From: Phycisphaerales bacterium | GTDB lineage: Bacteria > Planctomycetota > Phycisphaerae > WQYP01 | Length of the DNA: 64,000 nucleotides | Assembly (NCBI GenBank): GCA_027451365.1 | Contig: DAIDJN010000053.1 | Location: 1-64,000, forward strand | Direction of reading: 5' to 3' | In this document: positions 47,181-57,950 of the stretch, in pieces | Layout: each line of letters opens with the position of its first letter | Position numbering within the stretch: position 1 is the first letter of the stretch | Notes under the pieces: generated by a model | Databases searched by the model: none | Told to the model about the DNA's origin: nothing | Seen by the model: only the letters and a program-made list of their open reading frames with translations | Translations under genes and position numbers: made by a program

Positions 47181-50087
47181 ATGATTTCGCGAACGCCTGG
47201 CCCGATGAAACTTTTTGCCTTTCTGGTACTGGTAATACTGTCGGCTGGCAAAGTCGCGACCGCCGCGACCGCACCCACCCGCACCGGTGCTGCGGCATGG
47301 CGTATCGTATCCGGCATTCACGGCGAATTTAACTCTCAGCCCCGCCCCATTCCCACCGGCGCACTGCCGGGTGGCCCCCTGCTGGGCAATGGAGATATGG
47401 GCGTTTCCCTGGGTGGGCCGCCCGATCAGCTTCGATTTTATATTGATAAATCCGACTTTTTCGGCGTCATTCGCGGATATATGCTGCCGATGGGTTCGCT
47501 GCGGCTTCACATTCCCGCTTTGCGTCACGCATCCTGGCACGCCGCCCAGAATATCGGACCGGCAGTTGTTGCCGCGCATTTTGCCGCGCGCAATGGGGCC
47601 GCCATGTCTGTGCAAAGCTGGACCGCCGCCGGCCCGGATATACTGGTTATTCAATTGCACAACACCGGCACAAAATCTCTGGCGGTGTCTGGCCGCCTGC
47701 TGGACGCCTGGTCCACCCCGGGCAGTTTTCCAGTCGCCGGAAAACTCAAGCATTCCGCGTGGCTGGACGTCTCGCCAGATACCGTCGATCTGATTCTTGG
47801 AAATCAGATCAAGCAGCAGCCGCAGCAGCCGTTCAACGGCGACATTGCCGATCTGGTCCTTCTGCCCGTCGCAAATTCCTCTCGCCTGGCACTGAAAACG
47901 CCGACCTGGCCCGATCCGAAATGTGTTCAATCCCTCCACGGTGCAGTGGTTGCACCCGCCGGCAAACATGGCTGGTCAATTCATTTTAATGGTCGTAAAA
48001 GCTCGTTCGCAAGCCTCGGCATGATGCGGCTTCCGCAGCGGCAGTTTACGCTCGGGTTCTGGGTGCGTACCACGACTCCCCATCAGATGGCGGTGCTGTT
48101 CGCCGCCCAGCCGTCCAATTTCTGGCGTTTTGGCCCGCAAAATTACGCCGGGTTCAGCCTGGGCCTCCACAATGGCCGCCTGACCGCTAAACTCAATCGC
48201 ACCATCATCACCGCCACAACGCCGCTGCCCGTCGGCCATTGGGTGCATGTCAAAGCAGTTTACAACGCCCGTTCCCTGCGGCTGTATTCCAATTCCTCGC
48301 TCGTGGCGCAAACAACCGCATTCCCCACGGCCGCACAGATCATGGGCGCGGATAAATATTCCATTCATACCGGCGACAAAGCGATCCCATTTGCGGATTG
48401 CTCTCCAAAAGGACGCCTCACCCTGCGCGTACTGGGCACCGCGCCGCATGTCTCGGCGGGACGCGTGCAATTTGTCCTTCGGCCCGGCCATCGCGCCACC
48501 CTTTTGACGATTGCCCAGGACAACCGACCCATGCCGGCCAGCCCCGATTCACTGCCCGTGTATCCGCATTTCCCGCCGGCGCTGACACAGGCCGATGTCG
48601 CGCGGCTAAAAACCCATCACCTGGCCTGGTGGAAACACTTCTGGGGAAAATCTTTTATCAAAATACCCGATAAACAGGTCCAGAACGCCTGGTACGGTTC
48701 GCTTTATCTTCTGGCTTGCTGCAGTGCGCCGGGTCATGACGCTCCCGGCCTATGGGGAAATTTCGTCACCACCACCCATCCCGGCTGGCAGGGAGATTAC
48801 ACACTTGACTACAACTATGAAGCCCCGTTCTGGGCGGCCTATCCCACCAATCACATTTCCCTGGCTGAAAATTACGACTCCGTGCTGCTTAATTACATGC
48901 CCCGTGGTGCCGCCGAGGCAAAGGCGGCTGGTTTTCATGGCCTTTATGACTACACACATCTGATCCCGCTGCCCGGCTGGGATGCCGACCCCAGCCGCCA
49001 CATGGACCAGAAAAGCGGAATTCTATTTGGCACCGTTGATTGCATCATGCGCTGGCGATACACGCATGATCTGACCTATGCCCGCAAAGTCTATCCGCTT
49101 CTGCTGGCCACAGCCGCCTTTTGGGACCATTACCTGCAGCTTCGCAACGGCATGTATGTGGACCTTAACGATGCACCCGGTGAAAACCGTGACGCGCACG
49201 CCGTAAATCCCGCCACCAGCATTGCCTTCCTGCGGCTGCTGTACGGCGGCCTGATTTCCATCAGCCGCGACCTGCACAAAAAGTCCTCTGAACGCAAACT
49301 CTGGAGGAATATCCTGCACCGCTTAAGTCCGCTGCCAATTGTGCCCGCCGGGGACATCAAACCGATTGTCAATGCGGTCGGCTCCGCCGGTCTTTCCGGA
49401 AAGTGGGTGATTCGACAGGCTCAGATCGGCCCGGACTGGGTACTGTTGCATGACCGCTTTTCGCATGGCTATAAGCCCCGGCAGGAAAGCTCATCACCCG
49501 GCATGTCCGCGAGCATGACCATTTTCCCCGGCTGGCAGTTTGGTCTGGAAAGCAGCGCCAAAGACCGCAACGCCGCCCTTAACACAATCCGCTATCAGCG
49601 GCTCTGGTTTGATTTTAACAACACCTGTTCGTTTTATCCCGCCGCGGCCTGCGCCGGGTACAACCCGGTCTCTATTCTTAATCACATGCACATATTAACA
49701 CGTCACTTTGTGCGTCCGAATTTCGCCTTCTGGTTCGGCGGCGGCGGCGTGGAAAATTGCGCCGACATTCCCGCAGGCCTTTGCGCGATGTTCCTGCAAA
49801 GCTATCAAACCAATATCCATGTTTTTCCGGATTGGCCCATCAGTCAGAATGCCTCATTCGGGGACCTGCTGGCCTGCGGCAATTTTCTCATTTCCAGTCG
49901 GCTGCGCAATAGCCACATTCAATTTGTCCGCATCGTCAGCAATTCCGGCCGGGAGCTTCGCCTTGCCAATCCCTGGCCGGGCCACCCGGTTCACGTTTCC
50001 TTCGCCGGAGGCCGCACCAAAACAATCCGCGCAACCGTGCTTAAAATTCCCACTACTCCGGGGGAATCCCTGACGTTTACACCGTGA
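47181..50087 (+). CDS. Secreted GH95/GH65-like glycoside hydrolase with inserted LamG-like domain
   Basis: Signal peptide; PLLGNGDMG; LamG-like FTLGFWVR..WVHV..Y..LY; PGLWG..WQGDYTLDYNYE; MFLQS..VFPDWP. Confidence 0.75.
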   Translation: MISRTPGPMKLFAFLVLVILSAGKVATAATAPTRTGAAAWRIVSGIHGEFNSQPRPIPTGALPGGPLLGNGDMGVSLGGPPDQLRFYIDKSDFFGVIRGYMLPMGSLRLHIPALRHASWHAAQNIGPAVVAAHFAARNGAAMSVQSWTAAGPDILVIQLHNTGTKSLAVSGRLLDAWSTPGSFPVAGKLKHSAWLDVSPDTVDLILGNQIKQQPQQPFNGDIADLVLLPVANSSRLALKTPTWPDPKCVQSLHGAVVAPAGKHGWSIHFNGRKSSFASLGMMRLPQRQFTLGFWVRTTTPHQMAVLFAAQPSNFWRFGPQNYAGFSLGLHNGRLTAKLNRTIITATTPLPVGHWVHVKAVYNARSLRLYSNSSLVAQTTAFPTAAQIMGADKYSIHTGDKAIPFADCSPKGRLTLRVLGTAPHVSAGRVQFVLRPGHRATLLTIAQDNRPMPASPDSLPVYPHFPPALTQADVARLKTHHLAWWKHFWGKSFIKIPDKQVQNAWYGSLYLLACCSAPGHDAPGLWGNFVTTTHPGWQGDYTLDYNYEAPFWAAYPTNHISLAENYDSVLLNYMPRGAAEAKAAGFHGLYDYTHLIPLPGWDADPSRHMDQKSGILFGTVDCIMRWRYTHDLTYARKVYPLLLATAAFWDHYLQLRNGMYVDLNDAPGENRDAHAVNPATSIAFLRLLYGGLISISRDLHKKSSERKLWRNILHRLSPLPIVPAGDIKPIVNAVGSAGLSGKWVIRQAQIGPDWVLLHDRFSHGYKPRQESSSPGMSASMTIFPGWQFGLESSAKDRNAALNTIRYQRLWFDFNNTCSFYPAAACAGYNPVSILNHMHILTRHFVRPNFAFWFGGGGVENCADIPAGLCAMFLQSYQTNIHVFPDWPISQNASFGDLLACGNFLISSRLRNSHIQFVRIVSNSGRELRLANPWPGHPVHVSFAGGRTKTIRATVLKIPTTPGESLTFTP

Positions 50088-50356
50088 CCCGGATGCCTGT
50101 AGTGTTTTAGATATGTCAGACTCACCCGCTTTTTGACTTCTGAATTCAGGCTCGTGTCGCGAAAACCGCCGCAGGCGGCCGCGGCATTAAGGCGCAGCGC
50201 CGCCCCGGTTCTCAGGCACGGCTATAAACCGAATTCGGAAAAAACAGGGGGGGGGATGCGGTTCGCTACGGCGTTACTCAATAAAGGCACCTAAGCCTCG
50301 CTTACTGCTCGCTCGGGTAGGCTCGCGTTGCCAATTCCGGCCGCATCGCCCAAGGC

Positions 50357-52417
50357 CTACCCAGTCCCGTGTTTATTGCTTTCAAGCTCTGCGGCTGCCG
50401 AAAGCAGCTCAACGAGATCGCGCAGGTTTTTCAAACGACGGCCGCCTGCCCCCTTCAACTCGCCCCATCGTCTACCCGCGTACTTCCGCACCTCGTCACC
50501 ACGATATCTCGCCATCCACTGCCGTCCAGTAAGCACTCCCAGTTCACCCAGAGTTCGACCATCCGACACAAAGTGGACGCGCACTCGCTCCCAATCTTGA
50601 GCGAGTGTGTCATCACTATGATTAATGGCTAGAAATGGTGTTTCAGCCCATTCGGTTTCCCAATCGGCTGGCAGAGCTATCTCCTGCCGTTTAAAATCAT
50701 CCCAGCATTCAGCCTTCTTGGACTGTTCTCCGACGTTCTTTCCCGCCTGCTTAATGTGCGTGTGGGCGGCTCGGCATGCGGCCTTCAATGCCTCTTGTGT
50801 TAGGTTTGGTACTCGCTGTTCTTCCCAGATACGGTTGAGGTTAATGCGATGGTGCGAATGTTGTGCAAGCCACGCAACCGCATAGGGCACAGAGTTGGCA
50901 CGATAGCTCTCCAATGCAAGAGCAGAAAACAGCCTTTCGGCCGTGCGAAAGATAATAGCCTTCGCAATTGTGTGCTTGAAATAGTTGAGGTCGACTGTGG
51001 GCTCCCCAAAATCCTCCAGGCTCTCGGCGAAGGCGAGGAAGTTCTTTTCCGCCCCTCGACAGACGAGGTGGGGCAGCCCCGTCCAAGCGTGCTCAAACTT
51101 GGCAAGGTCGGTCTTGGTGAACTTGCGATCTAACGGGTTATTGGAGGTCCACTCCCGCTGCCGTGCCAATGTTCCCTGTCGCCCCCTGTCGTCCAGATAA
51201 GAGCCGCGTGCTCTCTCGTAATACCAATGCGACCCCCGATCCATTCCGGACATTGGCGGGCTCCAGACCGTGCGCGACAGGTTTTCCATTTGGCGGTGGA
51301 ACTTCCCGCTGGCCGAAAGATCGGCACCGTTTACCTTGTTCTGGCTGTTAGCATACTTTGAAATAAGAGGCACAATCTCGGACACTTTGCGCGGATCGCC
51401 CAAGACGGTGAGTTTAACCTGAACCACTACTTGGGATATGTCCACCTTCTCCTTCTTCAGAGCGTGGAATATAGAGGCCGTCGTCTGGCCTCCGTTGACG
51501 ATCTGAAAATCACTCGCGCTCTCAAGGATCGCGTGTCCATCGCGCCCGGCCTTTAACTTTACCTCTGAGGCGGTGCAACAGAGCCCGTTGTTGTACGCAA
51601 GGAAGCGGTGTGGCTCTTCCCGAAGGGTTTGCTGCAAACCCTTGTTAATTTTCCCCTTCGCCTGCAGGAACGCGCGAACGTTGCGTTCAAGAAGGCGCTG
51701 CCCGTGCTTACCATAGATACGTGCCAGCACAGGCGCTCGCATGAACGCGAGCAACGTGCTGTATTCGCCAGTGCAGTCCGCCATCTGCAAACACGGTATT
51801 CCACCCTCGTAGTCGTTCACAAAATCGAGGTAGATAATCTCGGTGCGCCCAACGTGCAGACGGCTCAGCTTTTCCATATCCCAGAGGACATAGCGCACGT
51901 CAAGCCCCTCGACCTGCTCCTGGTCGATTTCCGTGGTCTTCACAACGCCGTCGGTGAGCAAAAAAAGCCGGACGGTTATCAGCGTGTCCTTCGCCTCGCA
52001 AATGCGGCGAGCAGCTTCGAAGGCCTCATCGGATTCCTCCATTTGCATGTGACAACCCTCGCGAGCTCGTCGCAGGAACCCGCGAAGCAGTCTGAAATGG
52101 TCAACGGCCGCGCTTCTTGAAACCGGTTCGGGCCTGCCGGTCCCGTGGTAAAGAACTACAAAAAGATCAAGCGTGGTGCCGTCCCCCGAGAGTGCCCAAG
52201 CATTCATTTTCACAGCAGGAATTCTGCCCCGCGGGCCTGCGGCGTGGTAGCACACATCGGCACCATCAGACTCATTGCGGTCGTTTAATAGCTCAAGCAC
52301 GTACTCAGTGAAGGCGTCCTCGCGCATCTGCGGGCTCGTGTCGCTACCCGCCCTGACCTGAACCTCCCGATGGAGATCATTCGCGAACTGTTCGGCATTT
52401 GTGAGCGATTCGCTCAT
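50357..52417 (-). CDS. AIPR-family protein (MzaD-like)
   Basis: LLERNVRAFL, FLAYNNG, QIVNGGQTT, NSQNKV, YYERARGSY, TKTDLAK. Confidence 0.93.
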   Translation of the reverse strand: MSESLTNAEQFANDLHREVQVRAGSDTSPQMREDAFTEYVLELLNDRNESDGADVCYHAAGPRGRIPAVKMNAWALSGDGTTLDLFVVLYHGTGRPEPVSRSAAVDHFRLLRGFLRRAREGCHMQMEESDEAFEAARRICEAKDTLITVRLFLLTDGVVKTTEIDQEQVEGLDVRYVLWDMEKLSRLHVGRTEIIYLDFVNDYEGGIPCLQMADCTGEYSTLLAFMRAPVLARIYGKHGQRLLERNVRAFLQAKGKINKGLQQTLREEPHRFLAYNNGLCCTASEVKLKAGRDGHAILESASDFQIVNGGQTTASIFHALKKEKVDISQVVVQVKLTVLGDPRKVSEIVPLISKYANSQNKVNGADLSASGKFHRQMENLSRTVWSPPMSGMDRGSHWYYERARGSYLDDRGRQGTLARQREWTSNNPLDRKFTKTDLAKFEHAWTGLPHLVCRGAEKNFLAFAESLEDFGEPTVDLNYFKHTIAKAIIFRTAERLFSALALESYRANSVPYAVAWLAQHSHHRINLNRIWEEQRVPNLTQEALKAACRAAHTHIKQAGKNVGEQSKKAECWDDFKRQEIALPADWETEWAETPFLAINHSDDTLAQDWERVRVHFVSDGRTLGELGVLTGRQWMARYRGDEVRKYAGRRWGELKGAGGRRLKNLRDLVELLSAAAELESNKHGTG

Positions 52418-52430
52418 AGGGACTCCGATT

Positions 52431-53450
52431 TCATTTCGTCCTGGCGCGGGACATGTCAAAAATCGCCCGCTTGGTTTCCGCCTCGCTCAAGGCGTAATCC
52501 ATGCATGCGGCGACCGTCAGGCGATAACACACGTCGCCAACTCCGCGGGGCAGGTCGCGCTCGGTAAGCAAGGGGAAGCCCTCTTCGACCCGTAAAAACG
52601 TTTCCGCACGAACGATATAGCCGCGCTCCACGTATCGCTCGGCATGGGCATCATGGTACCCGGCCAAAAGTAATTTGTCCTCGAATTGCTCCCGCGATTC
52701 GGCGTCCGCCGCCAGCTCGATCCTCAGCGACGCGATTATCTGCGGCAACGTTTCGCCCGCGAGTTCCCTCGCCTCCAAGGCGATCACGCAAAGAATTAGG
52801 ATTGGCCATGCGGCATAATCCAACTGGCGCTCGCTGGTGATTTTTATCACCTGAGGCTGCTTGGCGAGAGTGGTCTTCACCTCGATTGCTCCCGCCTCAA
52901 GCTGATAATCCTGATGCGCACGCTCGGCGCCCCTCCAGCCGGGCACCGATCGTGATCCCAGAATCGGGCACAGATGATCCCGCAGGAACTTTAGCTCACC
53001 CCATAGGCCTCGCTGTTCCTCATCGGTCAACCCCTCCGATGAGGCACTAAGGAATTTCCGCCAGCGCGCAAGCTGTCCTAAGAATGCGCCCGCCTGCTCC
53101 ACCGGATTTGCTGCCTCGGAAACTCGCCGCAGCAGGTCCTCGGCCAGCGACGTAAAGACATCCGCGAACCGCTCCTCCTTCAGGACGACGCCAAAGTGCT
53201 CCTTTCCGGCGATAGTCAGTATGAGGGTATCTAATCCCCTGCATCGCGGCCAGCGCCGTCTGGGGGGAACTGAGCCCTTGGGAAGCCGCAGGAGGACAGC
53301 CCGCCGTCGGGTCGCCGATTCGATCGCCACAAATAGCGGACATTGGGCGGCTGGTCGAGCCAGCCGCAGTAGCCACCCCACACGCTTAGTCGGTTCAGCA
53401 GCGAGGCCTTCCTCAATCGCCTGCCATATCTGCTCAATCCTGATCGGCAT
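52431..53450 (-). CDS. PD-(D/E)XK-like DUF4420 protein (MzaC-like)
   Basis: QRGLWGEL, W.G...QD, IEVKTT, ITSERQL. Confidence 0.9.
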   Translation of the reverse strand: MPIRIEQIWQAIEEGLAAEPTKRVGWLLRLARPAAQCPLFVAIESATRRRAVLLRLPKGSVPPRRRWPRCRGLDTLILTIAGKEHFGVVLKEERFADVFTSLAEDLLRRVSEAANPVEQAGAFLGQLARWRKFLSASSEGLTDEEQRGLWGELKFLRDHLCPILGSRSVPGWRGAERAHQDYQLEAGAIEVKTTLAKQPQVIKITSERQLDYAAWPILILCVIALEARELAGETLPQIIASLRIELAADAESREQFEDKLLLAGYHDAHAERYVERGYIVRAETFLRVEEGFPLLTERDLPRGVGDVCYRLTVAACMDYALSEAETKRAIFDMSRARTK

Positions 53451-56343
53451 AATCCCTGTCCTGAAACGTTTCTTGCCACACCCGATTCACACTGTAATCC
53501 ACGGCGCGAGCCGTGTGGCTGGAGGGGAAACTAAGGGCTAGGCCCATGAAAGGCGGTTCGCCGTCGGCCCACCTGCGCTCCGTCGGGACCACCGGGTAGA
53601 CAAGCAGAAGCCCGTGTGTGCTGGGCCGGAGCTGGCGCGACACCAGGCCATTTATCCGCGAGCGGCTGTCAGCGATGGCACCCGCGGGCCTCCGGTGCTG
53701 AGAGAGGCGCTCCGCCGCTTGCCTCAACGTGGCACCGTCGTCGGCGCAGCGCCGCAGAATGTCCGCCTCCTCTGGGCCGAAAAGTGGGCCGCTTGTCTCC
53801 TCGATCCGTTTAGCCATAAGCGACTCGAAAAGCTGTCTGTCGACCAAAAACTCCGCAAGGTCCAACGCTTGGTGGGCGGGGCTCTGGACGTTGCCGTTAC
53901 TGGCCCTGTATAAAGGGGGGACCGAGCCTGACTTCCACGATCCCTCCTCGGGCGAGCGCTCAGCTTTGCCCGCCGGACAGCCTGCGACCTCATAGCGTCC
54001 GGCGCTTCCGTCGGTGTCCACCAAAGCGACGGTCCATTTCGCCAGTTCTCCATTGTCCGCCTGTCGCCGAATAAAATCAATCATCTCCGGCTTCTGAAAC
54101 CGCCAGACCTCGGGTGCGATGGAGAAGTCACGCAGCAAATCCTCTATGAGTATCTCTGCCAGCACCTCCTTCCAAAGCCACGCACCGTTGACCCTCTTAG
54201 CCCCGGAGACACCCCCAAGGCCCCCTAGGAAACGGGCGACGACGGAGGCGTTGCTCCGAACCGCGCCCGCAGAGGTGTCGAAGGCGGCGGTCTGGACCAA
54301 CTGCCCCGCGTAAGATAATCGCTGGGTGACCGCGTGTGACATCTTGTTCATGGCGGTGACAAGCAGCCCTCCCGGGTGCTGGCGAACCCGGAGGCCGTAG
54401 CGCCGTGGGGCCAGGCCGGCGCATTTCATCCGCTCGAATTCCCTTCTTAACTCAACCTCCGCCAAGGCGATATGCCGATACCACGACCGTAGGTCATCGG
54501 TTGTGAATAGGCGGCAAAGGTCCAAGTAGCCGGGGCGGTAGCCGAACCAGCGACCCATCTGCATCAAAGTGTCGTACATCTGCGACGCGCGAAGGAAATA
54601 GCTCACCGAAAGCCCCTCGAGCGTCAGCCCGCGTGAGAGTTTATCTCCGCCGACAGCGATCACGTTGAAGCCTTTGCGGTGGGCGACGTAGTCGAGCGCA
54701 TCAGTCGCGTGTCCGTTAATCTCCTTGACCTCAATGCGCGCCGCTGCTTCCGCAAGCTCCGCACTTACCTGATGCCAGGCGACCGCGACGAGGTGCTCGT
54801 CCGGCGAACCCTTGCGAACAGCGGAGGTCGTCGGCCCAAAATCGGTTGCCCAGAGCTTCTCTAACTCCGAAAGGAGGGTCGCACTTCGCTCGCCTTCGCC
54901 GATCGTCAGGCGAAGCCGTATTGCCTCGACCTGCGATTGTATCAGCACCGCAACCTGGTGCTGCACGTCGACAAGCCTAGTGACATGGACCAGCATGGAG
55001 TTGTGCACATCCAGATGTCCACGTGCACGGCGGGCGGCACACGCCAGCACAAAACAATAAATCGCACGCTTTAGCGACTCGGGCAACCTTCCAATGACTA
55101 GGTCCTTCTTGTGATTCGGGGGAATAATTGCCGAGTGGTCATCCACAATTCGGACTAATGGCAGTCCCTCGCGCGGTTCGATTCCGGAGTCGGGATCGCC
55201 ATCTAAACCGAAGACGCGCGACGGGCTGACATAATTCGACGGAGGGGAAACGTTCAATATGAAGTTACGGGGGAATAGGTCCCCGCCGTGCTTAGACGTT
55301 TCCGCATCCGGGTTGATGAATATATTCGCGAAGGGCGTTGCCGTGTAGCCAACGTACGCGCGCTTCTCAAAGGCGTCGAGCAACTCGCGAATACGGCCAT
55401 TAATTGCCGTAACATCTGTATCGTTTGTGCCCCTGCCCCTCCGATCCTTCGTGTTAATCGACGCGTTGTCCGCCTCGTCATCGATGACGAGAAGTGGAAC
55501 CCCGCGAATAATCTTACCTCTCCCGCCGGGTATTTCCTCCCCGCGCACGTGTAGTACCCATCGCAGGAGATTACGCAGCACACTGCCGTTCTTCTTTATG
55601 ACGAGGACAACGGGGTCGCCACCAATCGTTACGCCCATATCCGCCCTGGGAGCCCGGAAGTCGCCATCGTCGAGGCTACTGGTTAGGGAGTGGATAGGCA
55701 AAAGCTGGCCGAATAGTTTTCCGACGCCCAAAAGGCTGTTGGCCCGATCGAGCTCCCTGTCCTTTTGACTATCGCGGCCGAGGACGGCCTCGTCAATCCT
55801 ATATTGCGTCTGGCTTCGCAGGTTGTTGTGCGTTCCCGCCATCACTACGATTAGACGATATCCGGCGTCGATCGCTTTGCAGATCAACCCGCAATAATTT
55901 GCGGTCTTCCCCGATTGGACGCTCCCGACAACCATGCCGCGACAATACCAGGGTGGACTGCGCTCCGGCTGCTCAAGCCGAGCGAGAATTTCGTCAGTCA
56001 GCTTGCTCAGGGAATTAACTGCCGGCTCCGGCAATTGCTTTTCCTGCTCCAAGAAAGCTTTGTAACGGCTCCAGAATCGCCATTGAATGCCGCCCCGCCG
56101 GGCAGGCAACCACTCGATGTGATCCGCAGGATCCTCCATCAGCGATGCCTCCGGGACGTAAACATTTGCTTCGTGCATAAGCTGCGCGACGAGCTCGCCG
56201 ACATTGGCTTCCCCCTTGCCCGCGGCGCGGGCTGTCTGGACCGCTAGCTCGACCTGGGCCCGTATCACCTCGGGGGTCCTCGCTGACTGGAGGTTCAGGA
56301 GCGTGACAGCCACTACGCGAGCGTGGTTGAAGGCATCGTTCAT
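53434..56343 (-). CDS. Z1-domain / SF2-like protein (MzaB-like)
   Basis: GSVQSGKT, LVIDDEAD, YTATPFAN, SMLVH, GGDKLSRGLTLEGL, YDTLMQMGRWFGYRPGY. Confidence 0.93.
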   Translation of the reverse strand: MNDAFNHARVVAVTLLNLQSARTPEVIRAQVELAVQTARAAGKGEANVGELVAQLMHEANVYVPEASLMEDPADHIEWLPARRGGIQWRFWSRYKAFLEQEKQLPEPAVNSLSKLTDEILARLEQPERSPPWYCRGMVVGSVQSGKTANYCGLICKAIDAGYRLIVVMAGTHNNLRSQTQYRIDEAVLGRDSQKDRELDRANSLLGVGKLFGQLLPIHSLTSSLDDGDFRAPRADMGVTIGGDPVVLVIKKNGSVLRNLLRWVLHVRGEEIPGGRGKIIRGVPLLVIDDEADNASINTKDRRGRGTNDTDVTAINGRIRELLDAFEKRAYVGYTATPFANIFINPDAETSKHGGDLFPRNFILNVSPPSNYVSPSRVFGLDGDPDSGIEPREGLPLVRIVDDHSAIIPPNHKKDLVIGRLPESLKRAIYCFVLACAARRARGHLDVHNSMLVHVTRLVDVQHQVAVLIQSQVEAIRLRLTIGEGERSATLLSELEKLWATDFGPTTSAVRKGSPDEHLVAVAWHQVSAELAEAAARIEVKEINGHATDALDYVAHRKGFNVIAVGGDKLSRGLTLEGLSVSYFLRASQMYDTLMQMGRWFGYRPGYLDLCRLFTTDDLRSWYRHIALAEVELRREFERMKCAGLAPRRYGLRVRQHPGGLLVTAMNKMSHAVTQRLSYAGQLVQTAAFDTSAGAVRSNASVVARFLGGLGGVSGAKRVNGAWLWKEVLAEILIEDLLRDFSIAPEVWRFQKPEMIDFIRRQADNGELAKWTVALVDTDGSAGRYEVAGCPAGKAERSPEEGSWKSGSVPPLYRASNGNVQSPAHQALDLAEFLVDRQLFESLMAKRIEETSGPLFGPEEADILRRCADDGATLRQAAERLSQHRRPAGAIADSRSRINGLVSRQLRPSTHGLLLVYPVVPTERRWADGEPPFMGLALSFPSSHTARAVDYSVNRVWQETFQDRDYADQD

Positions 56344-56344
56344 T

Positions 56345-57880
56345 TTACTCGTGCTCCTCACACAATGACTGGAGAAGTTGGGGAAAATTGCCGAACGGCT
56401 CGATCTGGCCAACCCTCAGCATCGCGTCATCCTCCGATAGGCCGCCGGCCCGCAAGCCCTCAAACACCTCGCGCATCAGAATGAGGATTTCTGACTCCTT
56501 GGCGGTTTCAAACGGACCCAATGCGCGGTCGGGCATCTCTCGGTCCGCAATCATTATCAAGGGGACCGGAATCGTCTCTTCTATAAGGCGAAGCAGTGCG
56601 CTGAGCTTGGGAGGATCGCTGCATGCCAGTCGCGTTTGCTGCACGAGCGGATGTTCCCGATTGAGGCGATAGAACACCCGATTGTGCTTCGCTTTCTGTT
56701 CCCAAAGAAATATCCGTTCCTGGCCGACAGCGGGCAGCAGCTTCGCGCCTCGGTGCGAATAAACTCGTTTCGCGAGGCTGCGCGTGCGTTCACCGATCCG
56801 CGCCAACTCCGGGCGCAGCTTTTCCGGCGGGCGAGCACGCGATTTCGTCACGTCGATTTCCCATAATTGATCGAGCGCGTTCGGAAGATCGACGCGGATT
56901 CGCGCAAGCTTGTAATGCTCTTCCTGACGCCACCCCTTGATGCCGAGCCAGTCCCCTGAAACAAGAAGTCGCGAATTGCGGTAAATGTAGAATCCTTGGT
57001 GAGCGTTCCACCCGCGAAATCCGGCAGCGCAGCGGTGTGCACCAGCATCGAGCTTGGAGAGGTGTGGAAGAACGAATGGCTCGACAGCGATCGTATGCCC
57101 TTGGAACTGCAATCGCTCGGCCGGAAGGTGTTGGGTTGCGGCCTCCTCGCTCAAGAATGGGTCCCAAGGTACGATCGGTCTGCCGTTGAGGAAAAACTCG
57201 ACCGCGTTGTGGCCGGCCATGAGCCGGTGAAAAACGGCCGCAAAATGGTGCCCGACATATTCCGCTTGACGAAGGAAGGCGCCCTCATCCGAGTCATTCT
57301 CCAAGGCCATATCCGCCGTCAATCGATCAAGTTTTTCCCATACCACAACGGTGCCATGCCTGGAATCGGCCAATTGCCTCGCGAGTTTCGCGGCCAACTG
57401 GGTCGGCTCCCGCAACAATCGCCACTCGTTGGTCTCGGCAATGTGGTCCAGGTCCCAGCAGCGGACGATCTCGTCGCCATGGCTTCGCTTGGATATAACG
57501 GTCGCGCGACGGCCCTGCGAGAAGGAGGCCGTCTTTAAGCCAAGCCCGAACCGGCCCAAATCGGCGGGGTCGCGTTTCTCCTTGGGGTTTCGACTTCCCA
57601 CCCGCATAGCGTTAATCAGCGCATCCTTATCCATTCCGTCGCCATCGTCAGCGATAGCGATCGCCGATTGCTCCCCCGCCCAATGGAACTGGATACGTAC
57701 GTTACGCGCGTGGTGGAAAAGGCTGTTGTCCGCAAGGTCGGCGAGAGCCGTGGCGGTATCATATCCGAACGCCCTCAGGCTCTCAGCCAGGGCCGAGGCG
57801 TTCGGCGGCACCAAGTCGGCGTCGGCATTATCTCGTGGCCCAGATAACCTCAGCTTGCCCATATCTAAATGGTCCGTCAT
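56345..57880 (-). CDS. MutL/MORC-like GHKL ATPase (MzaA-like)
   Basis: ALADLADNS, DDGDGM, LGRFGLGLKTAS, HGTVVVW, QGFYIYRNSRL, IDVTKS; AAGGA RBS. Confidence 0.92.
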   Translation of the reverse strand: MTDHLDMGKLRLSGPRDNADADLVPPNASALAESLRAFGYDTATALADLADNSLFHHARNVRIQFHWAGEQSAIAIADDGDGMDKDALINAMRVGSRNPKEKRDPADLGRFGLGLKTASFSQGRRATVISKRSHGDEIVRCWDLDHIAETNEWRLLREPTQLAAKLARQLADSRHGTVVVWEKLDRLTADMALENDSDEGAFLRQAEYVGHHFAAVFHRLMAGHNAVEFFLNGRPIVPWDPFLSEEAATQHLPAERLQFQGHTIAVEPFVLPHLSKLDAGAHRCAAGFRGWNAHQGFYIYRNSRLLVSGDWLGIKGWRQEEHYKLARIRVDLPNALDQLWEIDVTKSRARPPEKLRPELARIGERTRSLAKRVYSHRGAKLLPAVGQERIFLWEQKAKHNRVFYRLNREHPLVQQTRLACSDPPKLSALLRLIEETIPVPLIMIADREMPDRALGPFETAKESEILILMREVFEGLRAGGLSEDDAMLRVGQIEPFGNFPQLLQSLCEEHE

Positions 57881-57950
57881 CAATTTCCTTGCGGCGATAG
57901 GAGTCCCCAAGGGGCCGGGCTAGGCGCGCGCCTAGCGGGTGCCCATTTAT

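Noticed and set aside
50247..50256. Poly-G tract as a phase-variation site
   Set aside because: It lies between convergent gene ends, not in a CDS or promoter
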